64,000 nt of DNA from a virus (Duplodnaviria; Caudoviricetes): positions 32,001-96,000 of the IMG/VR virus record IMGVR_UViG_3300028602_000007. One strand, written 5' to 3'. The position numbers and the translations under genes were made by a program. Numbering within the stretch: the stretch's first letter is position 1; each line of letters opens with the position of its first letter. The notes below the pieces were generated by a model, which did no database searches, was not told the origin of the DNA, and saw nothing but the letters and a program-made list of their open reading frames with translations. Positions 57,301 through 64,000 of this stretch are shown here, in pieces.

Positions 57301-58521
57301 AGATATTAAATTATTTAAATTTTCTAATTCAGAATTAACTTTTTTTAAAATAGAAGTTATATTTTCTAAATTAATTAAAAAATATTCTAAAATATTATCG
57401 AAACCTAATAATAATCTAGTTCGAATAGCATCAGCCGCTTCTCTTTTTGCTAAATTTGATAATTCTTCTAAAATTGGAGAAGTTATATTTGGGTAAACAA
57501 CACTCTTTTCTTTTTCTACTCTAATGTTATATTCATCTTTTAAATTTTCATAAAATGATTCATATACTTGTTGATCTGCTATATAATAAGTTATATCATC
57601 TTCAACTAATGTGGTTGGTGCATCTTGTATATCTTTTAAAACTGGATCAACTTGTTCTGAATCTAAACTTAACCCTCTTTCTTCTAAAGTGAATAAATAT
57701 TTTAAAGGTTTTGCTAATTTCTTATAAAGACCGATATAATCATTATCTTCTATCCCAGTATATAATAATCCAAGTAAACTATCATAATCAGATTCTTCAA
57801 TTGGAGGATTATTTGAAGAATTTGGATCATATGCTTCTTGATTTATAATATTAAAGTATTCATAACTTTTAAAAATATCATTTATTAAATATTCACTATC
57901 TTTTATTAAAATAGTATTTTTTTCAGATTCATTTGTTTCAGGATTAATTAAATTAATAATAATTTGATCCAAATTAATTAATCTAAAATCAATTGTTGTT
58001 GTTCTAATCGGAAAACCCGATCCTATTCCCCAAAAATTAACAATCAATTGATTTGATAATTTTGAAAAAGTCTTTTGTATTAAATTTTTTGCAAGCGGAC
58101 TTAATATAGGTAATGGTTGAATTTTTTGTAAAGCTTCTCTAACTGCATTAAAACCTTGATTATTCGCTAAATTGTTTAACTCTAACGCAGTTTGGTATCT
58201 TTCATTATAATAAAATTTAATAATTTCTAAATTATCTTTTAATTCATTAACTTTTGATCTAACAATAGTTTGGTGAATCCCTGGAATAATATTTTTCTTT
58301 TGGTCTTCTATTATTTTTTGAATTTCATCAATTCCACTAGACATACAATCAATTTGTGAAGTATCTAATTCAATGTTTGGTGAAAATTCATCAACTTCAA
58401 TTGGAGTAACTTCGGATATACATGCTTTAATATTATCAAAATCTTCTTCAGAAAAACCAAAAGACGAGGTTTTACCACAATGAACTTTATTAATTAAAGT
58501 TTTAAAATCAAGGATTTCCAT
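54385..58521 (-). CDS. large hypothetical protein (1378 aa), possibly virion-associated
   Basis: Long ORF with coiled-coil and Pro-rich hydrophobic segments; AATAGATA late-promoter variant upstream. Confidence 0.55.
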   Translation of the reverse strand: MEILDFKTLINKVHCGKTSSFGFSEEDFDNIKACISEVTPIEVDEFSPNIELDTSQIDCMSSGIDEIQKIIEDQKKNIIPGIHQTIVRSKVNELKDNLEIIKFYYNERYQTALELNNLANNQGFNAVREALQKIQPLPILSPLAKNLIQKTFSKLSNQLIVNFWGIGSGFPIRTTTIDFRLINLDQIIINLINPETNESEKNTILIKDSEYLINDIFKSYEYFNIINQEAYDPNSSNNPPIEESDYDSLLGLLYTGIEDNDYIGLYKKLAKPLKYLFTLEERGLSLDSEQVDPVLKDIQDAPTTLVEDDITYYIADQQVYESFYENLKDEYNIRVEKEKSVVYPNITSPILEELSNLAKREAADAIRTRLLLGFDNILEYFLINLENITSILKKVNSELENLNNLISNNILDESQIGEKISEIPCFTEAANLNPQTAPECENSAKEKLGEDPLYLRTLNSLNFGLPDIGSQCYWKEFAKSLNKISLLPFPDLTGPPPANLGFRYWPINCILPAGPALALITVPPIWKPLFVIPTAVGTLVCFLNFPIAPIGIPLPSIYLFYFAPDGTKYLVLATNLPSLWSNTKNLLFGFELDNSSNSQNPIGLTASNPYKGYLIKGSLIQPLFIGAALSKADRLTKIAADLASGKNQKITNINGEELPFSMKTDEYSKFYKSDLEIMKEFVDAKPSDEFFRELDNLKGTINRQLTKLGEMQTSNINQLRERLRIEKVEALKLAQKETALNKKRIEKYKARRINTITLNEKIESTLADFNKHIENIKFGTITFPKDPTKNNPGLPEAITSILDLITLASLGDLKIEKSALSLNHKMKQAIGNIDMSNITNKQFFDISTDSGLFDIQQALHKIVDETLNYLKGKDVSFDVSMASNETEKAEIIKSNKERQQLAKESLSFTALGLLNLPKIQIFDFSKKCCEISTDSVFTGIPPLLTIAFSSLSTFMHAIINELDEISIKNILGLTNSKVQTSFLLNVFDNLVISIPNVSLPNPANLLILIQAFLMPILLLISIPKAINPLQPIIVPMTIPLDTIIKPIFKSLVPNIIESIFKLIDEVNTVYNLDGTIKKIEKDGIETINLSNSNKVFSKNESDVETTKQIFSVSCGIDSTLSIIVNSEGVPTGQRITFDTADGTSSTTDPVFNVILTLNDDTSIELLTLPLLALDTKNYFHLITGNDIIEFIRTIINAVYSEITKPLFNIVKLLSNLMVSLNSFSFNIIEAAIPNLSLLKLAKILIDSIIPPSMKVKIINEDAFKIIQDNLIPNLEKIEPVLKEVAWLGTIALCSLSSPVTNWLPTLGARLLHPIMNSDDLPPWERLTYKNPLFAIFLDEIAWRGSMYATGSLIFQSKTPALLPYSPTFPIVHITPHLV

Positions 58522-58565
58522 AAAATGTTTTATTTAAATTATCTATTCGATATATTTAAAATAAC

Positions 58566-58597
58566 ATATGCCTAGTATTTTTATACACTAGGCATAT
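58566..58597 (-). terminator. hairpin after groEL (probable terminator)
   Basis: ATATGCCTAGT/ACTAGGCATAT inverted repeat; weak U-tract. Confidence 0.6.
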
Positions 58598-58621
58598 TGT
58601 TTAATAGATGGTTATTTGTAA

Positions 58622-60226
58622 TTATTGAGCAGTTTTATTATTTTCATTAGGTTTACTAACAATTAAACAATCAGTTGTTAATAATAATGAAGAAATTGAT
58701 ACTGCATTTTCTAAAGCAGTAATAGTTACTTTAACTGGATCAATTACTCCCATTTTAACTAGATCTCCGTATTCTTCGGTTTTTACATTAAAACCAAAAT
58801 ACTTATTATCTACAGAATTTGTAGATTTAATTTTATCCCAAACAACATCTGAACTTATTCCAGCATTTTCTAAAATAATTCTAAATGGTTGTTGACATGC
58901 TCGTTTAAGTAAATCAATACCTAATTGTTGATCTCTATTATCAAGAGTAAGAGTTAATCTATCTGCAGCTAAAGCAAGTGGAGATCCTCCACCTGGAATT
59001 ATTCCGTTAGCAATTGCTGCTCTAGTTGCACCAAGTGCATCATCAATGCGATCGGCTTTTTCTCGAGCTTCAATTTCAGAAGTTGCACCAATTTTAATAA
59101 TTGCAACTCCTCCTTCAAATTTAGAAAGCCGCTCTTTTAATAAAAGTTTAGCAGATTCATCTTTTGCATTATTAATTTGATATTTTATTTCTTGAATACG
59201 TTCTTTAATTTTAGAAGAATCTCCATTTCCACCAATCATTATAGTTTTTTCATTGGTTATTTCAAGTCTATCACACGAACCTACATATTCTGAAGCAACT
59301 GCATCTGATAAAGTAACTCCTTCTAATTGGGAAATTAAAATACCGCCAGTCAAGATTGCCATATCTTCAAGCTGGTGTTTTTTTAAATCACCATATCCAG
59401 TATACCGAATAACAGCTGCTCTTATTTTACCTTTAATTTTATTAAGAAGCATTGTGTTTAATGCATCACCTTCCATTCCATCACAAACGATTAAAATAGG
59501 ACGACCTTGTTGATTTGAATATTCTAAATATTGAAGTAGTTCTTTTAAATTTGAAATTTTACCATCATAAAATAAAATAATTGGATTATCAAATTCAACT
59601 GTAGAATTTTCAATATTTGTAATAAAATATGGTGAAAGATACCCTACGTTTAATTGTAATCCTTCTACTATATCTACATAAGTTTCAGTAGTTTTACTTT
59701 CACCCATAGTAATAATTCCGTCAAATCCAACTTGTTCAATTGCATTTGAAATTAATTCACCAATTATTTCATCGTTATTTGCTGAAATAGTAGCAACTTG
59801 TTTAATTTTAGTTAAATCTTTAACAGGAATACTTTGATTATTCAAATCCATTATGATTTGTTTAGAGGCAAGATCTATTCCTTTTTTTAAATCCATCGGA
59901 TGCGCTCCTGAAAAAATTAAACCATTTCCTTCATTAAATATAGAACTTGCTAATACAGTAGCAGTAGTTGTTCCGTCTCCTGCTTCTAGTGACACTTTAT
60001 GTGCAACTTGTTTAATCATTTGTGATCCAACATCATTTACATAATCTTCTAATTGGAATTCTTTTGCAACAGTTACTCCGTCTTTTGTAATAGCTACACT
60101 ATTATCTCTTGCAATTACTACATTTCTACCACGAGGGCCCAATGTTACTTTAACTGCATTAGATAATGAATTGATTCCAGTTAATAGTGAATCTCTAGCA
60201 GATGTATCAAAAAGTACTTTTTTCAA
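58622..60226 (-). CDS. groEL: chaperonin GroEL
   Basis: VKVTLGPRGRNV, ITKDGVTVAK, AGDGTTTATV, PGGG, GVIDP; TTG start; no GGM tail. Confidence 0.96.
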   Translation of the reverse strand: MKKVLFDTSARDSLLTGINSLSNAVKVTLGPRGRNVVIARDNSVAITKDGVTVAKEFQLEDYVNDVGSQMIKQVAHKVSLEAGDGTTTATVLASSIFNEGNGLIFSGAHPMDLKKGIDLASKQIIMDLNNQSIPVKDLTKIKQVATISANNDEIIGELISNAIEQVGFDGIITMGESKTTETYVDIVEGLQLNVGYLSPYFITNIENSTVEFDNPIILFYDGKISNLKELLQYLEYSNQQGRPILIVCDGMEGDALNTMLLNKIKGKIRAAVIRYTGYGDLKKHQLEDMAILTGGILISQLEGVTLSDAVASEYVGSCDRLEITNEKTIMIGGNGDSSKIKERIQEIKYQINNAKDESAKLLLKERLSKFEGGVAIIKIGATSEIEAREKADRIDDALGATRAAIANGIIPGGGSPLALAADRLTLTLDNRDQQLGIDLLKRACQQPFRIILENAGISSDVVWDKIKSTNSVDNKYFGFNVKTEEYGDLVKMGVIDPVKVTITALENAVSISSLLLTTDCLIVSKPNENNKTAQ

Positions 60227-60242
60227 ATTTTAAAAATTATTT

Positions 60243-60992
60243 TTATTTAAAAATTATTGTAGAATCATCAAATTGTTCAATCAAACTTAGTTTAAAAATT
60301 ACACGAATTAATGAAATTACATCCATATTACAATAATCTTTAATTTTATCGATATTTCCATTATAAAAATTATAATGAACTTGATCTCCAGACATTTCAT
60401 CTTTAGGAGATGGTAAATCTAAAACATTACATAATAAATCTAATGAAGTAAATCCTTCTTGCCATGCACCAAAACTCCATAATTCTGATGTATCTTTAAT
60501 ATTAATTTCCCAAGGTTTCTTATCCCAAATCTGAAAGGGTAAAGCTGGCTCCATATTGTTGATAAGAAATCGTTTTGCTAAAAATGGAATATCGAAACGT
60601 TTAACATTATGACCAATTGGTATCATTTTATGTTTATGCATACCATTAAAAACCCTAAGAGCTTCTTTCAAAACAAAAGTTTCATCTTCATTATGATAAC
60701 TTGCAATTTGAATAATAGGTTTTTGTTCAGGGTTATCATCACTAAATTTAACTCGGCCAAATGAAATTCCTACAACTTTCCCAAATTCAGCTTGAAGGCC
60801 TGCTTTTTCTAAAAATAATTCAGAATCAGATTTTTCTAAATTTTCTGGATGAGATTGAATCGTTCTTATATATTCACAACGTTTTTGCCATAATTTTTTC
60901 ATATTATTTGGCAAATCATTAAATTCTTTTTCTGATCCAGCTGTTTCTATATCAAAAAATAATAATTTTTCGATTTCATATTTAGTAAACAT
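60243..60992 (-). CDS. stand-alone PolB-type 3'-5' exonuclease
   Basis: FFDIET, GHNVKRFDIPFL, SLDLLC, YCNMDV. Confidence 0.85.
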   Translation of the reverse strand: MFTKYEIEKLLFFDIETAGSEKEFNDLPNNMKKLWQKRCEYIRTIQSHPENLEKSDSELFLEKAGLQAEFGKVVGISFGRVKFSDDNPEQKPIIQIASYHNEDETFVLKEALRVFNGMHKHKMIPIGHNVKRFDIPFLAKRFLINNMEPALPFQIWDKKPWEINIKDTSELWSFGAWQEGFTSLDLLCNVLDLPSPKDEMSGDQVHYNFYNGNIDKIKDYCNMDVISLIRVIFKLSLIEQFDDSTIIFK

Positions 60993-61053
60993 TTGATTAA
61001 TTTTTTATTAAACTTACTTTTTTATACTTATGAAAAAAAATAAGTTTTTACTT

Positions 61054-61074
61054 GCGCCCGCGCCCGCGCCCGCG
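61054..61074. repeat. GC-only tandem repeat (GCGCCC)x3.5 in an AT-rich intergenic region
   Basis: GCGCCCGCGCCCGCGCCCGCG; nearby (TTCTTAG)x3 at about 61124-61144. Confidence 0.9.
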
Positions 61075-61251
61075 TCTTAGAATCTTAAGATTTTAAAATC
61101 TCTTTTTTTTTATTATTTAAGTATTCTTAGTTCTTAGTTCTTAGAATTTCTTTTCTAAACCCTCCCAACACCCTTATTATATAGTGAAGCTAAAAAAGGT
61201 TTTAAAACTAATTTTATTTTTTTAATAAAAAAAATAAAATGTTTAATTTTA

Positions 61252-61932
61252 ATGATAATTATAGGTATAGATTTCTCAATTCAATTTCCATCAATATGTA
61301 TATCAAAAGATTTTAAAGAATTTAAATGGGTTTCTGCAATTAACACTAATATTCCAAAAATACATAAGAAATTTTTAGATGATTTATCATTAGAATATAA
61401 AAATTTTAAATTTATATACTTAGAACCTCGCAAAAAAGACAAAGATACTTATTCAATAATAGAACGCTCTAAATTAGTTAACTATTCAACTCTAATCGAT
61501 TCATTAATCTTAGCAATAAACGAAGAAATCAAAAACGATTCACATATTATTATTTCAATTGAAGGTGTCTCGTATGGCGCACAAGGTAATGCATTACTTG
61601 ATATTAATCAAGCAACAGGTATGCTAAGAAAGTCAATATTAGATAATGTATTAAATGGTCATAGTGAAAAATTATTTATATTTTCGCCTAGCGAATTAAA
61701 AAATGCAATCGGTGCAAAAGGTAATGCTGGTAAATTTGATATATTTACATCATTTTTAAATAATATTACCCCTGGAACAAATAGCCAATTATATAAAGCA
61801 ATAAATAAATATTCAGACACCATTATTAAAACAAATGGAAAGGATATAAAACCTCCATTTACAGATATGATAGATTCATATTTAGCTGTTTTGAAAATTT
61901 ATGAATCTATTAGAAAAGAATCAAATAACTAA
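61252..61932 (+). CDS. RuvC-like (RNase H fold) nuclease/resolvase
   Basis: IIGIDFS, IEGVSYG, PSELK...GNAGK, DMIDSY. Confidence 0.75.
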   Translation: MIIIGIDFSIQFPSICISKDFKEFKWVSAINTNIPKIHKKFLDDLSLEYKNFKFIYLEPRKKDKDTYSIIERSKLVNYSTLIDSLILAINEEIKNDSHIIISIEGVSYGAQGNALLDINQATGMLRKSILDNVLNGHSEKLFIFSPSELKNAIGAKGNAGKFDIFTSFLNNITPGTNSQLYKAINKYSDTIIKTNGKDIKPPFTDMIDSYLAVLKIYESIRKESNN

Positions 61933-62354
61933 TGTCAGCCAAAGCAAAAAAAAATAAATATTATATAAACAATAGAGATTTTACTAATGAAATTATTCGT
62001 TGTAAATATGGTCTATTAAATGAAGAAACTGGATATCAACATAAAGCTGGAGAATTATCACCAATTGTAATAAATTATTTTATATTATTAGCAAATCGAG
62101 CAGTTCATAGATTAACTTTTCCAAATCCATTAGATAAAGAAGATTGTATACAATCTGCAATTTTAGATTTATTAAGATATTGGAAAAACTTTAATGAAGA
62201 AAAATCAAATAATGCATTTGCTTATTTTACGCAAATTGTAAAAAATGGATATGCTAAAGAATATAAGAAATTATACAAACATATTGGAACAGGCGAAAAA
62301 ATTGAATTTGTTTCACTAAATACTAGTGGAGATAGTGAAATATTTACAATATAA
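61932..62354 (+). CDS. gp55: late-transcription sigma factor gp55-like
   Basis: YINNRDF, EDCIQSA, NFNEEKSNNAFAYFTQI. Confidence 0.88.
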   Translation: MSAKAKKNKYYINNRDFTNEIIRCKYGLLNEETGYQHKAGELSPIVINYFILLANRAVHRLTFPNPLDKEDCIQSAILDLLRYWKNFNEEKSNNAFAYFTQIVKNGYAKEYKKLYKHIGTGEKIEFVSLNTSGDSEIFTI

Positions 62355-62381
62355 GTCCTTTTTAATAATATGTATTTCTTT

Positions 62382-62389
62382 AATAAATA
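62382..62389 (+). promoter_or_regulatory. T4-like late promoter
   Basis: AATAAATA before ORF 62412. Confidence 0.6.
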
Positions 62390-62411
62390 ATTGAAAGGTA
62401 ATGCAACTAGC

Positions 62412-64000
62412 ATGAATGTTAATAATTTAGTTTTTTTTGATAGAAATGGTGAATCTTATAATTTCACTTTATCGAATAATGGATATTGGGAAGGACATGA
62501 ATACTTTTTACCAATTTCATTAGGTCTTTTTGATGTTTCTAATATTTTTATTTTAGAAAAAAGTGATTCTGTTGAATATTCATATCCAATAATGGAAGAA
62601 AATTCATATTTTGAAATAAAATGGAAAACTCAAGATAGTAAAGATAACTTTTTTCTATTTACAATTAGTCGAGATGGAATTCATGATGATGATCCTCCAT
62701 ATTTAAATAAACAAAGTTCAATAACAATAAATCATGGTGATTTTGGAGTATCTGGTGATTTATCATTATCTTATCCTTTACAAATAAATGTTGCATTTAC
62801 ACCAAACTTAGAAAAATCATATACTAGAACACTTGAACTTTACTATAATGTTAGATCCAATTCAACTAAGGTTTTACAATTATTATTTTATGGTGAAGGC
62901 GAGGGAGAAGATGAAAGATACAAAGTTTGGTTAGAAAATTTTGGTATAAAATTTAATAGAGAAGATGCTCTATTATTAAAAGATTATGATTTAAAAGAAG
63001 GGTACCCTGATTGGAAACAAATAAACACAGCTAGAAAAAGTTTATTAGTTAATATTGATCAAGTTTATCCATATGTAGGTACGTATAAAGCACTTGTCAA
63101 TATAATAAAATTATTAGGATATTCAGATGTATTAAAAGTAAAAGAATATTGGCAAGATTCTGATAAAAATTCATTATATTACAATAAATATGCGATGGTT
63201 GATGTAACCGAATTAATGAATATTGGAGATTCCTCTAATATTAATTTAGTTGACTTAAATGGGCAAATAAAAAAAGGTGGAAAGTTTAAAAAAACTGAAT
63301 TTTTAGCATTAACTTATCAATTTACACAAGTAACAGATACATATGATGACGATGGATTACCTGAAATAGAATCAACAACAGGTTTTAGCATAGAAGAAAT
63401 TTTTTTTAAACTAAAAGGTATTGAACATAAATTAAAAGAAGAAATTTTACCAATAAATGTTGTAATTAAAGACGTAATAGGTGAATTTATATATTTTTCA
63501 AAATTTAATTTACGAAATTGGTCAGATACTACATATATAGAATCATTAAACATAAACGATGATTACACAATAAAGGTGTTATCGCCTTCTAGTAAAAGTA
63601 CCTTATTTAAAATAAGAGATATTAAAACTTTATATCCTAAAATTGATGGAACTTCTCAATTTCCAGTTATTTCATTTAATGCTGGTGAAATTCGACCATA
63701 TGATAATAATCAAACATATAATACTAATGATATAAATGATTTAATTAATGCAATTTATTCATTTTATGATAATGCTAATGATTATACTTATAGAAAATAT
63801 GATCAGCTTGATCCGTCTTTAGTTGGAGCCGATTCTTCTCAAGAAATAGGATGCCCTATTGTATTAGAAGCATATATACCAGATTTAATGTTAGAAGATT
63901 TAGATGGATTAAAATTTAGTGATTTTGTATTAAGCGAAGCAACAACATCATCAACATTAAGTTCAATTGGAACAGGTTTAAAATATTTTTCATGTGTAAC
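62412..64000 (+). CDS. large structural protein, probably a baseplate wedge component (runs off the window end)
   Basis: Open frame from ATG 62412 (MNVNNLVFFDRNG...) with YVGTYKALVNIIKLLGY..VKEYW; late promoter 62382-62389; absent from the ORF track, consistent with no stop in the window. Confidence 0.65.
   Translation, partial: MNVNNLVFFDRNGESYNFTLSNNGYWEGHEYFLPISLGLFDVSNIFILEKSDSVEYSYPIMEENSYFEIKWKTQDSKDNFFLFTISRDGIHDDDPPYLNKQSSITINHGDFGVSGDLSLSYPLQINVAFTPNLEKSYTRTLELYYNVRSNSTKVLQLLFYGEGEGEDERYKVWLENFGIKFNREDALLLKDYDLKEGYPDWKQINTARKSLLVNIDQVYPYVGTYKALVNIIKLLGYSDVLKVKEYWQDSDKNSLYYNKYAMVDVTELMNIGDSSNINLVDLNGQIKKGGKFKKTEFLALTYQFTQVTDTYDDDGLPEIESTTGFSIEEIFFKLKGIEHKLKEEILPINVVIKDVIGEFIYFSKFNLRNWSDTTYIESLNINDDYTIKVLSPSSKSTLFKIRDIKTLYPKIDGTSQFPVISFNAGEIRPYDNNQTYNTNDINDLINAIYSFYDNANDYTYRKYDQLDPSLVGADSSQEIGCPIVLEAYIPDLMLEDLDGLKFSDFVLSEATTSSTLSSIGTGLKYFSCV

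Noticed and set aside
2734-63553. Short ORFs antisense to or nested in long genes (e.g. 11911-12195, 20902-21243, 49683-50195, 56108-56371, 63317-63553)
   Set aside because: Shadow ORFs on the opposite strand or an alternate frame of well-supported genes, with no motifs or expression signals
1-64000. Alternative genetic code (stop-codon reassignment) as in some large phages
   Set aside because: Conserved genes are full length in the standard code and coding density is high; the polymerase break is at TAA and is followed by unrelated sequence
1-64000. tRNA genes, introns, inteins, reverse transcriptase/DGR or retron
   Set aside because: No cloverleaf with a T-loop noticed in the short intergenic gaps; helicase, recombinase and capsid genes are uninterrupted; no RT motifs in any ORF. 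This was checked by eye and tRNAscan-SE/Infernal should confirm

Overview
This is a very AT-rich 64-kb segment of a large T4-related myovirus (jumbo-phage-like), read in the standard genetic code. The host is probably Bacteroidota (inference: Hc1-like protein, A-rich translation starts almost without Shine-Dalgarno sequences). The plus strand carries mostly late/virion genes: a baseplate module with gp53- and gp5-like genes, a gp21 protease-scaffold fusion, gp23 major capsid, a cluster of probable internal head proteins, gp19 tube, gp18 sheath and a truncated baseplate-like gene at the right end. The minus strand carries mostly replication, recombination and nucleotide genes (UvsW, UvsY, gp46/47, gp41, UvsX, only the N-terminal half of a family B polymerase, dUTPase, dCMP deaminase, a dCMP-type thymidylate synthase homologue, RNase H, gp32), plus GroES, GroEL, an S1-like protein and a glycosyltransferase island. 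DnaJ, a RuvC-like nuclease and the gp55 late sigma factor are on the plus strand. Most notable signals read from the sequence: (1) a T4-type capsid-targeting/protease motif shared by about ten proteins, including enzymes; (2) a non-capsid protein carrying a copy of the major capsid protein's N-terminal arm; (3) a HAD phosphatase + kinase + RNA-ligase/nucleotidyltransferase cluster; (4) a scaffold gene nested in the protease gene with its own late promoter; (5) a second promoter class, AAACT-N16-TAWAAW, before non-structural genes; (6) a promoter-fed G-rich/GC-repeat element that may be an R-loop origin; (7) two candidate structured small RNAs. All calls come from motif recognition by eye; no database searches were run.
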